DNA from: Escherichia coli
Lineage (GTDB): Bacteria > Pseudomonadota > Gammaproteobacteria > Enterobacterales > Enterobacteriaceae
Length of the DNA stretch: 64,000 nucleotides
NCBI RefSeq assembly: GCF_024502345.1
Contig: NZ_JALDNN010000001.1
Direction: 5' to 3' (one strand)
This document shows, one piece after another, positions 26,554 through 37,864 of the stretch (position 1 is its first letter; each line of letters opens with the position of its first letter). Below the pieces are notes generated by a model that ran no database searches, had not been told where the DNA came from, and saw nothing but the letters and a program-made list of their open reading frames with translations. The position numbers and the translations under genes are program-made.

Positions 26554-27210
26554 CTACTTTATTTTATAAAATGACAGCCGCCCGCTTTTCGGCGTGCCGG
26601 TATCAATATAAATCTGGTTAGCGAACGTCTGAATGTTATCAAACATCATATGTCCAAATATAAAATAATCAGCGCCGTTTATTTGTTGTAACTCGCCATT
26701 AAGCGATTTCTGCACACGATCAACAGGCCAGAGTAATTCGCTCTCCGCTATTTCTTTACCAAAGAGATATTCACTCCCCGGATAATCTGCATGTGCGATG
26801 ACATATTTTATGTTGTCGTTAGTGATTTCAATAATATGTGGAAGGTGATGGAATTTCAGCAACAGATCTGTAGCTTCTTTTTGCTCTGAATCATTTAAAT
26901 CGAAAAACCAGTCACCACCGCTGGCAAGCCACATATTGCCATCGCCGGTCGCGAACGCATCCAGCGCCATTGCTTCGTGGTTGCCTTTAACGGAGATAAA
27001 CCAGGGCTGGTTTAGCAGGCGCAGGACGTCAAGACTCTCCGGCCCACGATCAATATTATCGCCGACAGAAATAAGTAAGTCGGTTTCAGGGCAAAAAGAG
27101 AGTTGATGTAAGCGGGATTGTAATAATTGATATTCACCATGAATATCACCAACGACCCATATATGGCGATAGTGATGGGCATTAATTTTTTGATAGCGTG
27201 TAGATGGCAT
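26554..27210 (-). CDS. pphB: Serine/threonine protein phosphatase 2
   Basis: 218-aa ORF with metallophosphatase motifs (GDIHG, GDNIDRG, GNHE). Confidence 0.88.
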   Translation of the reverse strand: MPSTRYQKINAHHYRHIWVVGDIHGEYQLLQSRLHQLSFCPETDLLISVGDNIDRGPESLDVLRLLNQPWFISVKGNHEAMALDAFATGDGNMWLASGGDWFFDLNDSEQKEATDLLLKFHHLPHIIEITNDNIKYVIAHADYPGSEYLFGKEIAESELLWPVDRVQKSLNGELQQINGADYFIFGHMMFDNIQTFANQIYIDTGTPKSGRLSFYKIK

Positions 27211-27315
27211 GGTTTTACCCTGTAAAATAAGCTTTCCTATTATACAGGGTGTTTTTATTTTATTCGTCAGTTGTCGTTAATATTCCCGATAGCAAAAGAC
27301 TATCGGGAATTGTTA

Positions 27316-29877
27316 TTACACCAGGCTCTTCAAGCGATAAATCCATTCCAGCGCCTGACGCGGAGTCAGTGAATCCGGGTCCAGGTTTTCCAGAGCTTCG
27401 ACCGCTGGCGAGGTTTCTTCCGGTACTGACAGCAAAGACATTTGCGTACCATCCACTTGCGTAGCGGCGGCGTTCGGCGAAATGCTTTCCAGCTCACGCA
27501 GTTTTTGCCGTGCGCGCTTAATCACCTCTTTTGGCACGCCTGCCAGAGCTGCAACCGCCAGGCCGTAGCTTTTGCTCGCCGCGCCATCCTGCACGCTATG
27601 CATAAAGGCAATGGTGTCTCCGTGCTCCAGCGCATCGAGATGCACGTTGGCGACGCCTTCCATTTTTTCCGGTAACTGGGTCAGCTCGAAATAGTGGGTA
27701 GCAAACAGCGTCAATGCCTTAATCTTATTCGCCAGATTTTCTGCGCACGCCCACGCCAGCGACAGACCATCGTAAGTGGACGTTCCACGCCCGATCTCAT
27801 CCATCAATACCAGACTGTACTCGGTGGCGTTATGTAAAATATTGGCGGTTTCGGTCATCTCCACCATAAAGGTTGAGCGCCCGGACGCCAGGTCATCTGC
27901 CGCGCCTACGCGGGTAAAGATGCGATCGATAGGTCCAATCTCGACTTTTTGTGCCGGTACATAGCTGCCGATGTAGGCCATCAGCGCAATCAGTGCGGTC
28001 TGGCGCATATAGGTACTTTTACCGCCCATGTTCGGACCGGTGATGATCAACATGCGGCGCTGCGGCGACAGATTCAGCGGGTTGGCGATAAATGGCTCAT
28101 TCAGTACTTGTTCAACTACCGGATGGCGACCTTCGGTAATGCGAATGCCCGGTTTATCAATGAAGGTCGGGCAGGTGTAGTTCAGGGTATAGGCCCGTTC
28201 CGCCAGGTTCACCAGCACGTCGAGTTCCGCCAGCGCGCTCGCGCTCTGTTGCAACGCTTCCAGATGCGGCAACAGCAGGTCGAACAACTCTTCATAAAGC
28301 TGTTTTTCCAGTGCCAGTGCTTTGCCTTTTGAGGTGAGAACTTTATCTTCGTACTCTTTTAGCTCTGGAATGATGTAGCGCTCGGCGTTTTTCAGCGTCT
28401 GGCGACGCATGTAGTTGATGGGTGCCAGATGGCTTTGCCCACGGCTGATTTGAATGTAGTAGCCGTGCACCGCATTAAAGCCAACTTTCAGCGTGTCCAG
28501 GCCGGTACGTTCACGCTCGCGGACTTCCAGACGCTCCAGATAATCGGTCGCGCCGTCAGCCAGCGCGCGCCACTCATCCAGCTCTTCGTTATAGCCCGAT
28601 GCGATAACACCACCGTCGCGTACCAGCACCGGCGGTGTGTCGATGATTGCTCGCTCCAGCAGATCGCGCAGCTCGGCAAACTCGCCCATCTTCTCACGTA
28701 GCGCCTGTACCGGTGCACTATCGACAGTTTCTAACTGCGCACGCAGCTCCGGCAGTTGCTGGAAAGCGTGGCTCATACGGGCCAGATCGCGTGGGCGAGC
28801 AGTTCGTAAAGCCAGACGTGCCAGAATACGTTCCAGGTCGCCGACCTGACGCAGTACCGGCTGTAGCCCGGCGGTGAAATCCTGCAATGCGCCAATAGTT
28901 TGCTGGCGCTCAAGCAACACGCGGGTATCGCGCACTGGCATATGCAGCCAGCGTTTCAGCATACGGCTGCCCATCGGCGTGACGGTGCAGTCGAGCACAG
29001 AAGCCAGCGTATTTTCCGCACCACTCGCCAGGTTCTGGGTGATTTCCAGATTACGACGCGTCGCGGCATCCATAATGATGCTGTCCTGCTCACGTTCCAT
29101 GGTGATGGAACGAATATGCGGCAGAGTCGTACGTTGGGTATCTTTCGCATACTGCAACAGACAACCGGCAGCACAAAGTCCGCGCGGCGCGTTCTCGACG
29201 CCAAAACCGACCAGATCGCGAGTGCCAAATTGTAGATTCAACTGCTGGCGCGCGGTGTCGATTTCAAACTCCCACAGCGGGCGACGGCGCAGGCCGCGAC
29301 GGCCTTCAATTAACGACATTTCAGCAAAATCTTCTGCATACAGCAGTTCCGCAGGATTAGTGCGTTGCAGTTCTGCCGCCATCGTTTCCCGGTCAGCCGG
29401 TTCGCTCAGGCGAAAACGACCGGAACTGATATCCAGCGTCGCGTAGCCGAAACCTTTGCTGTCCTGCCAGATAGCCGCCAGCAGGTTGTCCTGACGCTCC
29501 TGCAACAGGGCTTCATCGCTGATGGTGCCTGGCGTAACGATACGCACAACTTTGCGCTCAACCGGACCTTTGCTGGTCGCCGGATCGCCAATTTGTTCGC
29601 AGATGGCAACGGACTCGCCCTGATTCACCAGTTTGGCGAGGTAGTTTTCCACCGCATGGTAGGGAATCCCCGCCATCGGGATCGGCTCTCCCGCCGAAGC
29701 ACCGCGTTTGGTCAGTGAAATATCCAGCAGTTGCGACGCGCGTTTTGCGTCGTCATAAAACAGTTCATAAAAATCACCCATCCGGTAAAACAGCAGGATC
29801 TCGGGATGCTGGGCTTTCAGCTTGAGATACTGCTGCATCATGGGGGTGTGCGAGTCTAAATTTTCTATTATACTCAT
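27316..29877 (-). CDS. mutS: DNA mismatch repair protein MutS
   Basis: 853-aa ORF; Walker [10 protein letters not shown], conserved N-terminal mismatch-binding region. Confidence 0.97.
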   Translation of the reverse strand: MSIIENLDSHTPMMQQYLKLKAQHPEILLFYRMGDFYELFYDDAKRASQLLDISLTKRGASAGEPIPMAGIPYHAVENYLAKLVNQGESVAICEQIGDPATSKGPVERKVVRIVTPGTISDEALLQERQDNLLAAIWQDSKGFGYATLDISSGRFRLSEPADRETMAAELQRTNPAELLYAEDFAEMSLIEGRRGLRRRPLWEFEIDTARQQLNLQFGTRDLVGFGVENAPRGLCAAGCLLQYAKDTQRTTLPHIRSITMEREQDSIIMDAATRRNLEITQNLASGAENTLASVLDCTVTPMGSRMLKRWLHMPVRDTRVLLERQQTIGALQDFTAGLQPVLRQVGDLERILARLALRTARPRDLARMSHAFQQLPELRAQLETVDSAPVQALREKMGEFAELRDLLERAIIDTPPVLVRDGGVIASGYNEELDEWRALADGATDYLERLEVRERERTGLDTLKVGFNAVHGYYIQISRGQSHLAPINYMRRQTLKNAERYIIPELKEYEDKVLTSKGKALALEKQLYEELFDLLLPHLEALQQSASALAELDVLVNLAERAYTLNYTCPTFIDKPGIRITEGRHPVVEQVLNEPFIANPLNLSPQRRMLIITGPNMGGKSTYMRQTALIALMAYIGSYVPAQKVEIGPIDRIFTRVGAADDLASGRSTFMVEMTETANILHNATEYSLVLMDEIGRGTSTYDGLSLAWACAENLANKIKALTLFATHYFELTQLPEKMEGVANVHLDALEHGDTIAFMHSVQDGAASKSYGLAVAALAGVPKEVIKRARQKLRELESISPNAAATQVDGTQMSLLSVPEETSPAVEALENLDPDSLTPRQALEWIYRLKSLV

Positions 29878-29971
29878 CGGCTTGTGATGTCCATTCTCTT
29901 AATTTTTAATGAGTTAGTGGTTTTTATGGTTATCATTATGTTTCACGTTGTCTCATCGAATATCATGAAAT

Positions 29972-29989
29972 CCTACATTTAAATGTAGG
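29972..29989. repeat. 18-bp perfect palindrome at the mutS-proximal island junction
   Basis: cctacatttaaatgtagg is its own reverse complement; overlaps the 11-bp sequence tgtaggttaaa (29984-29994) repeated at 50655-50665. Confidence 0.5.
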
Positions 29990-30073
29990 TTAAAGTGTAG
30001 CTTGCCAACCTATAGCTTGGTAAAATATGGGCACATACAGCACAACCTATATTTATGTTCATGACTGCATAAG

Positions 30074-31375
30074 GTGCATGATAACGGAGTCTTTATGGCA
30101 GGAAAACAAGAGGGAAAGCCACTTTCGTTTAAAGGGGTAGAAATGATGAAGCCAGGCGATAAAGATAAGGCTGATGTAGGCGAAAATCGTGGCTTACGTG
30201 TCTCCTGTGGTGCAACTGGTGTTAAGTCTTTTTTCTACCGTTACACAAGTCCTCTGACTGGCAAACTTGCTCAGGTTAAAATTGGTAACTTCCCGCAGAC
30301 TTCTCTCGCCGCTGCACGTCTTAAACTTCATGAATTAAAGCTCCTCCGGCAGGAAGGTCGGTGCCCTGCGTCAGAGCTTAAGCAAGATAAGCTCCAGCGT
30401 GCGATTGAAGCTGAACAGGCTAAGATCCCTGAATTGACCGTACAGGGATTAGTTGAACTGTATCTTACTGAACGTATTGAGGATCGTAAAACGAAGGACG
30501 GGAAGGTCATTCCCGGTGCCAGAAAACCGAAAGGACAGGCTGAGGTTCGTCGTACTCTCTATGGTGACGCTGTTAAAAGTTTAGGAACCCGGAATGCTGC
30601 TGAGATAACGCGCCAGGATGTTATTAATTTAATCAATGGCATTGTAGCTCGGGGCGCAACCGTACAGGCAGGGAATGTACTGAGAGAACTTTCACTCGCA
30701 TATGAATTTGCAATTGGACTTGGGCGCTTTGATGACAGTTTTGCGAATCCAGCGCTGTTAGCAAAATCTAGCTTACGACAGACCAGAATCAAGCTCACAA
30801 ATGGACGTGGAACACGAGTACTGAGTGAGGACGAGCTTGCAAAATTCCTTAAATGGCTACCGGGTTCGGCTTACACGCCAACGATCAAAAACGTGTTACG
30901 TCTGACTCTCTGGACCGGGTGTCGTACCGGTGAAGTCTGCAATATGGCATGGAAGGATGTTGATCTTGAAAAAGGCACCATTCATCTTAGAGAAACCAAG
31001 ACTGGAGTAGAGCGTTACGTTCAGTTATCGGATCAAGCGATCGACTTTCTCAAGGTTCTACGCCTTACCTCTGACAAATATCTATTCCCTTCACAAGCCA
31101 CTAAAAAGCCAATCCAGCAGAAGTATCTAACTGAAAACTCATGGCGTTTACGTGAAAGCGGTCAAATGCTTGATATACCTCATTGGACGCCGCATGATCT
31201 GCGTCGTACAGTACGAACGGGCTTATCTCGTTTGCAGTGTCCAAATGAGGTGGCTGAGGCCGTATTGGGGCATACACGAGGCGGTGTTGAAGGGATTTAT
31301 AATCTGTATAAGTATGATGCTGAGTGTAGGAAGTGGTTGCAGGTGTGGGCGGATTATTTAGATACTTTAACGTAA
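30074..31375 (+). CDS. Tyrosine-type integrase, P4-like family
   Basis: 433-aa ORF; C-terminal catalytic region with R...HDLRRT...LGH...Y pattern (TPHDLRRTVRTGLSRL, LGHTRGGVEGIYNLY). Confidence 0.85.
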   Translation: MHDNGVFMAGKQEGKPLSFKGVEMMKPGDKDKADVGENRGLRVSCGATGVKSFFYRYTSPLTGKLAQVKIGNFPQTSLAAARLKLHELKLLRQEGRCPASELKQDKLQRAIEAEQAKIPELTVQGLVELYLTERIEDRKTKDGKVIPGARKPKGQAEVRRTLYGDAVKSLGTRNAAEITRQDVINLINGIVARGATVQAGNVLRELSLAYEFAIGLGRFDDSFANPALLAKSSLRQTRIKLTNGRGTRVLSEDELAKFLKWLPGSAYTPTIKNVLRLTLWTGCRTGEVCNMAWKDVDLEKGTIHLRETKTGVERYVQLSDQAIDFLKVLRLTSDKYLFPSQATKKPIQQKYLTENSWRLRESGQMLDIPHWTPHDLRRTVRTGLSRLQCPNEVAEAVLGHTRGGVEGIYNLYKYDAECRKWLQVWADYLDTLT

Positions 31376-32161
31376 TTTGCCAATTAGATGTCCAATCATT
31401 TCGTTACATCAAAGTTGTGCTTAATTTTTATTTTATAAGGATAATATGGATATTTTTTCTGGAGAATCAATTCTTTCCCAAGTCCCTGATGTCAATCATT
31501 GGTTAGCTTCTTACGGCTTGAATTCAACTACATCAAGATATAGCAGATATATCTCTTATATTGATGCTTTTTTTGAGTCGAAAGATCCCACCTCATCTGA
31601 TGGAAGAGACAAATTTGATTTATTAACCAAGTCGTATGCAGAAATTATAGAAATAGTCAGCGTTAAAAAAGCGTTTGAACATGAAAGAAGCCCCGGATTT
31701 ATTGAGCGTTTAAGTAAGGTTGTTTCTGGAGTTGATCATGTTGGTATTAAAGAACCCAGTGAGCCAAGGAATTTTCTCTACGAATTACTTATGGCTGCCC
31801 GGCTAAAAAATGCTGGCTTTATTATTGATTTTGACCAAGGAACTGATGTTGTCGCATATGGATTTGGTCGTGCTATTTTCGTTGAATGTAAACGCACAAC
31901 ATCAATAAGAGGGTTCGAATCTAATTTCATTAAAGGTGGAAAGCAATTAGAGAGAAAGTTTAAGAGTACGAAACTTCCCCATTTTATGATTCGGGGATTT
32001 ATTGCTATCGATGTTTTACCATATGTATTGAACGATATTCCTAAATTTGAAATAGATAATGAAATGGAAGCTCGCATTTGTGCCAGGATAGTGATGGAAC
32101 GTTTTAAGCAAGATGCAAGTAGGCATATTAATAAGTATATATCACGTTATGAAAATGTTAG

Positions 32162-33356
<1,195 letters not shown>

Positions 33357-33775
33357 TTAGTGCAGGGGTGGTGATAATGGCGATGATACCTGTTTGGTTG
33401 CGTGATGTTATATTACTTCATGTTAATGAAATAGCTCATGTAATTCCTCCATCAACTAACACAGAAGATGTAGGTGAAGTCATATTTTTAGCCGAGAAGT
33501 TAAGCTATCCGCTACTTCCTGATTTTTAGTGTGAGTTAAAAGTTGATAGATCAAAAGTGTGTTTTTTTAGATTATATACTTGGATCCAAGCAGTGCTAAG
33601 GTTATTTCCTTAGCTCACTCATAACTAAATAGATATTTAGCTAGGGGGGACGATCAAACGTTAGCTCCTAGCTCATAACGGACGAACTGAGATATTTGTG
33701 CCCTGTAGAAGAGCACATCGACAGATAAAATTTCGACTGATACGGGGTTCGCTAACTGATGCCAGACAGGGCCAC

Positions 33776-34105
33776 TCAGTTCTTTTTCCCGGCCAGCATA
33801 TCAATCATCATGGGATAAATCTTTTCGCACTTCATGCCCGGATTCTGTACTGCGAAACTCCACCCCTCGTCCATCGCCGCAGCAACCTCTGTTGTTGAGG
33901 CTATGGGCCAATCGCTCACGGTGTCGTAGACTTTACTGATAGCCTTGTTCTTATCCATGCCGGTGTGTTGCTGCTGGCACATTCTGACCATTACTTCTGC
34001 GGCCTGAGCAGGCTGGCTTGCCGGGTAAGCAGCCAGCGCCGGGGCGGATGTCGTTGTGATGAGCAGTGCGGTAATAATATGCTTCTTTATTGTGTTACCC
34101 TTCAT
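33776..34105 (-). CDS. Small exported protein (signal peptide), function unknown
   Basis: 109-aa ORF with N-terminal hydrophobic signal (HIITALLITTTSAPALAAYPA); last gene of leftward operon. Confidence 0.5.
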   Translation of the reverse strand: MKGNTIKKHIITALLITTTSAPALAAYPASQPAQAAEVMVRMCQQQHTGMDKNKAISKVYDTVSDWPIASTTEVAAAMDEGWSFAVQNPGMKCEKIYPMMIDMLAGKKN

Positions 34106-34620
34106 TGAACCTGAATGCCCTGAACCGGGCTATTGTCCCATGTCATCGGTCGGTCTTCCGGAATTGCCGGGGCACTGTTAGTGGCCGGTTTATCAACAAC
34201 AGGTTTCGCGCTGGCGGGAAGGTCATCTGGTGAAATAACTCGGGTTATCACACCCATCTTCTCACCAACAGCGGAGTTCATCTGATCGCAGAGGGTTTTT
34301 ATCTGGAGCCGGATACCGCTCTGGTTTATTCCTTCGCTTTTGAATTGCTGCTCAAGAATAAAGCGGTCCTGAAGGGAATGGTAATAGTTAATATTGTCCT
34401 TCGTTAATATCATGATGTTGCCGGTATTATCCTGATAGCGATTGCTGCGGATAAGTTTATCCAGTGCGGTTAAAGCCTCATCGCCAGTGTAACCATACTG
34501 GTGGCAGGTATTCAGGGTGGCATAAGCCTCATACAGCCCCTGCAAATTTTCTGCGGGGAGTGTTTTTGCCCCGGCACAACCTGAAAATGCCAGAAGCAAC
34601 ATAGCAGCGGTTTTCCTCAT
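34102..34620 (-). CDS. Putative lipoprotein, function unknown
   Basis: 172-aa ORF, signal peptide with lipobox-like LAFSGC; overlaps downstream gene by 4 bp. Confidence 0.55.
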   Translation of the reverse strand: MRKTAAMLLLAFSGCAGAKTLPAENLQGLYEAYATLNTCHQYGYTGDEALTALDKLIRSNRYQDNTGNIMILTKDNINYYHSLQDRFILEQQFKSEGINQSGIRLQIKTLCDQMNSAVGEKMGVITRVISPDDLPASAKPVVDKPATNSAPAIPEDRPMTWDNSPVQGIQVQ

Positions 34621-34672
34621 TTTAGGTAGTCTCCTTTCATTGACGTTTCATCATCCGTCATGCGCGTTACAG

Positions 34673-35200
34673 TTAACGGATGCGGATATTTCTGGTGATT
34701 TTTCCATGTGTCAACGGGCTGCGTTTTTCCACAAAGAAATACGCGACATTGAACGCGGATTTGCGATGGTTGCCCCGGCCCAGAGAAGGCCAGCTCCTGA
34801 AGGACTCAATTTGTTCTTCGGTATAGGGTGTGTCAGAAAAATCGAACAGTACAAGCAGGGCTTTGCCGTCATACTTCATCAGTTTCTTCACCTCCGTGCT
34901 GTTGACGGAGGCTGACAGCGCAGAACGGGCAGCTCCCGGCTTACGGACGGCGAACTCTACAGCCACATCGTCAATGACGAAATCAATGTAGCCATGTCCG
35001 GACAAACTGCCCGGTAGTTTTCCCCTAACCTCAGGTGAGAGGCTGTCAGCAAACCAGCCCAGTAGGTAGCAACGCACCAGCGGTAATAGCTCCCGCTCAT
35101 TGCATTCGTTAAGGCGCAGGGTTTTGACAAATGCTTTCCGGTAAAGGGAACTAAAAAGGTACTCAAAGCATTCCGTTACTTCAGTAATAGTGGTCGCCAC
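34673..35200 (-). CDS. Hypothetical protein (175 aa)
   Basis: ORF directly downstream of Ner-like gene on the same strand; no family recognised. Confidence 0.5.
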   Translation of the reverse strand: MATTITEVTECFEYLFSSLYRKAFVKTLRLNECNERELLPLVRCYLLGWFADSLSPEVRGKLPGSLSGHGYIDFVIDDVAVEFAVRKPGAARSALSASVNSTEVKKLMKYDGKALLVLFDFSDTPYTEEQIESFRSWPSLGRGNHRKSAFNVAYFFVEKRSPLTHGKITRNIRIR

Positions 35201-35212
35201 TCTATGCTCCCT

Positions 35213-35491
35213 TCAGCTTTCCTTTTTGACAGACCTGCCTGCGTAGCGCTCAGGCCAGATAGTTTCGGGCGTGGTATCCAGTGCCTCAGCAATAATCTTT
35301 TCTGCCCGTGGATAGTGGCGCTCAAAAGCGTTACTCAGTGTCCTTGAGGCCAGCCCGTGATGCCGGGAGAGAGCAGACAGGGAAAGTCCCCGCTTGTGCA
35401 GGGCGGCGACAATATCAGCCCGGTGCCAGTTAACAGCACTTCCCTTACTTCGCTTTTTTTGCGAATCTGTTGAGTTACTCAATGTATTCAC
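35213..35491 (-). CDS. Ner/Nlp-family HTH DNA-binding regulator
   Basis: 92-aa ORF; WHRADIVAALHKRGLSLSALSR...IWPERY matches the Mu Ner / Sfs7 family pattern. Confidence 0.75.
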   Translation of the reverse strand: MNTLSNSTDSQKKRSKGSAVNWHRADIVAALHKRGLSLSALSRHHGLASRTLSNAFERHYPRAEKIIAEALDTTPETIWPERYAGRSVKKES

Positions 35492-35603
35492 TCCGGGTTG
35501 TTAGTACTGGAGATATTAAAAGCGAACAAAGGGAAGTTATCAAGTTCCTTTTGTGGTTATTTGCGCTCATTTAACTAACGCTTTGATAAGAGGTGAAATT
35601 TTT

Positions 35604-35984
35604 ATGGGCAGTGAACAGATGACTGACCCCTGCGTTACCGGAATGACGGAGAGTGGGGGGTGGCTTACAGCAGAGCAGTTTGCCGGAATGGAAGGGATGC
35701 CGGGCACAGCGAAAGGGGCGCGACTACGTCTGGAAAAGCTCACTGCTCTGCACCCGGAAATCCGCCGCAAACGCACCAGTGGGAAGGGGTTTCTGTACCA
35801 TATCAGCGCGGCAGGGATGGCACTGAAAAGTGAGCGGGATGCGACAGATACCTCAGCAGACGAGCAGCTCAACCTCTGGATACAGCTGTTTCGCACAATG
35901 AAACCGGCCTCCAGGGATAAACTTTTGCAGCAGGCTCTGGCTCAGGTTGCGAGGGACCTGACTAAAGGAGACGTTAACCAGTAA
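35604..35984 (+). CDS. Putative DNA-binding protein, Mu repressor-like N-terminal domain (divergent from ner-like gene)
   Basis: ATG 35604 with RBS gaggtgaaa; motif WLTAEQFAGMEGMPGTAKGARLRLEKL resembles the Mu-type winged-helix DNA-binding domain; weak. Confidence 0.4.
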   Translation: MGSEQMTDPCVTGMTESGGWLTAEQFAGMEGMPGTAKGARLRLEKLTALHPEIRRKRTSGKGFLYHISAAGMALKSERDATDTSADEQLNLWIQLFRTMKPASRDKLLQQALAQVARDLTKGDVNQ

Positions 35985-36031
35985 CAAGTGATAGATACTC
36001 TGGTTGCGCTGGAAGTGATAATAGGAATCAT

Positions 36032-36060
36032 TTGCTTTAACAGTTTGATTTTGCTATAAT
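36032..36060 (+). promoter_or_regulatory. Candidate sigma-70 promoter (TTGCTT-17 bp-TATAAT) upstream of the 207-aa ORF
   Basis: -35 ttgctt 36032-36037, 17-bp spacer, -10 tataat 36055-36060; followed by 12-bp inverted repeat taatacagtggc/gccactgtatta (36061-36100). Confidence 0.4.
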
Positions 36061-36067
36061 TAATACA

Positions 36068-36691
36068 GTGGCAGTCATTGCGTACTCAGCCACTGTATTA
36101 ACCCATCCTGGCTTGTTCACAGCCATCACTTTTCCTGGAATAGCAACAATGACACTTCCCCGAGACGTTCATGCGTCCCGTCAGGGCCAGCATGACTACT
36201 TATGTGGCATCTACAGCTTGATTAACACCCTCAGTTACCTTTATGACGGCAGAGTACGGCGAGAAAAATTAATGTACCGCCTGCTTAGCAGCTATAAGCG
36301 ACGATGGGATTTATTTGATCTCCTGACGCTCGGTCTGGACGAGGAACAAATGGACCACCTGATTGGTGATGTTCTCCTGAAAGGGCATTACGCCCGGCAT
36401 TATCCCCTGAATTTTCATACCCCCTTCCGTTACCGCTCCCTGCGCAGCCGACAGATACTCAGCGACATCAGCGACTGGCTGGCGTTGCCGGAGAACCAGG
36501 CGCAGCGCGTGGTGATTCTGGGCACATCCTGGCACTGGTCTGTGGTAGTCCGTACCGATGCTACCCGGCTGTTCCTGTTTGACAGCTTGGGAATACGCAG
36601 CCAGCGCAGGGATACGTTCTCCGTACAGCCGGAGCTGAAGCGCCACACGCTGCTGCCGGACGCCATCTATTTCGTCGAACGTGAGTTCTGA
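36068..36691 (+). CDS. Hypothetical protein (207 aa; start uncertain, alternative ATG at 36149)
   Basis: ORF upstream of radC-like gene; no family recognised. Confidence 0.45.
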   Translation: MAVIAYSATVLTHPGLFTAITFPGIATMTLPRDVHASRQGQHDYLCGIYSLINTLSYLYDGRVRREKLMYRLLSSYKRRWDLFDLLTLGLDEEQMDHLIGDVLLKGHYARHYPLNFHTPFRYRSLRSRQILSDISDWLALPENQAQRVVILGTSWHWSVVVRTDATRLFLFDSLGIRSQRRDTFSVQPELKRHTLLPDAIYFVEREF

Positions 36692-36713
36692 CCCCTGCAG
36701 AAGGAGACTGACC

Positions 36714-37202
36714 ATGACTTTTACCGCCTGCGACCAGAGCGGTTTTTACCGGACCACCGGGCCGGTGTCCCGCGAGGATATTATCCGCTTTGCCCATACG
36801 CTGCTCTCCCGCCGGTTTCGCAATCGCCGAAAAATTACGTCCTCTAATGATGTTCACCAGTGGCTGGTGCTGAAGCTGGCAGAGGACACCCGGGAGAGCT
36901 TCGGAATGATACTGCTCTCGCAGCAGCACCATCTTCTGGGCTACCACATCCTGTTCACCGGGACGCTGAACCAGACCATGGTTTACCCCCGCGAAATTGT
37001 CGCTCTGGCGCTGACGCATCATGCAGCCGCAGTGATACTGGTCCATAACCACCCAAGCGGTGAGCCTGAGCCGAGCCAGGCCGATAAACTCATTACCCAA
37101 AAAATTACCGATGCGCTTTCACTCCTTGATATCCGCGTCGTGGACCACCTTATTGTGGGTGGTGACGATGCTTACTCCTTTGCAGAACACGGCCTGCTCT
37201 GA
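36714..37202 (+). CDS. RadC-like JAB-domain protein (YeeS/YfjY/YkfG family)
   Basis: start at ATG 36714 after aaggag RBS; JAMM motif region ...AAAVILVHNHPSGEPEPSQADKLIT... and C-terminal DHLIVGGDDAYSFAEHGLL closely resemble E. coli YeeS. Confidence 0.85.
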   Translation: MTFTACDQSGFYRTTGPVSREDIIRFAHTLLSRRFRNRRKITSSNDVHQWLVLKLAEDTRESFGMILLSQQHHLLGYHILFTGTLNQTMVYPREIVALALTHHAAAVILVHNHPSGEPEPSQADKLITQKITDALSLLDIRVVDHLIVGGDDAYSFAEHGLL

Positions 37203-37289
37203 GTGACCTGGTTTAATACACATTAACCACGGTAATCCACGTTCGCCTTATCCCTTCATTTTTAAACTGTAAATACTGAGGTTTTAACC

Positions 37290-37721
37290 ATGAACATCAA
37301 TGCCGTTATTCAGCCGGCAGGCTTTGTGCTGCCTGTCAGTCTGCAGCTGTTCGACATGCTGATGGTAGAAGCAGGCGAAAAAACCGCTAGTAAACATCGC
37401 ATTACCGCCGTTACGCTCAATTTCCGGGACCCGAACTACAGCGCGGAGCGGGGCGGCTATCACCCGGTGGAAATTCGGCTGGTTCACCAGGGGGATGAAT
37501 GGTGCCTGGACTACGCCACCGATTTTGGCTATGTCGGCAACGCTTACCCCGAGCTTGAGAAAATCATCGATATCAGTTGGTCGCAGGGCTACGTCTGGCA
37601 CTGCCGTACAGGGGATTTGTCCCCGTCTGAGGCGCGGGCGCTCTACACCCTGTGGGAGCGCAACTTCCTGAGCTATCACGCCAGTGGGGTCTACATCACC
37701 CGAGTGCTGTGGGAAAGCTGA
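37290..37721 (+). CDS. Hypothetical protein in the position normally held by the CbeA-type antitoxin (143 aa)
   Basis: ORF between radC-like and cbtA-like genes; no similarity to YeeU/YfjZ antitoxins as I recall them. Confidence 0.5.
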   Translation: MNINAVIQPAGFVLPVSLQLFDMLMVEAGEKTASKHRITAVTLNFRDPNYSAERGGYHPVEIRLVHQGDEWCLDYATDFGYVGNAYPELEKIIDISWSQGYVWHCRTGDLSPSEARALYTLWERNFLSYHASGVYITRVLWES

Positions 37722-37864
37722 ACTACTGACCTGAGCTGCCGGGCGCACCGGTAAACATCCGTTCTCCCTTCTGGCGGGCGGGTTTCCATAAGCGCGGCTC
37801 GGGTTGCCGTTCATGTTCGCGCCCTCTTTTCAATACCATTCACATTACCCACGAGAATACTGTC

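Noticed and set aside
29878-30073. Possible tRNA or tmRNA gene serving as integration target for the P4-type integrase
   Set aside because: No cloverleaf-compatible sequence (no conserved GTTC-type T-loop or acceptor-stem pairing) found by eye at either island junction; integration site appears to be non-tRNA intergenic DNA.
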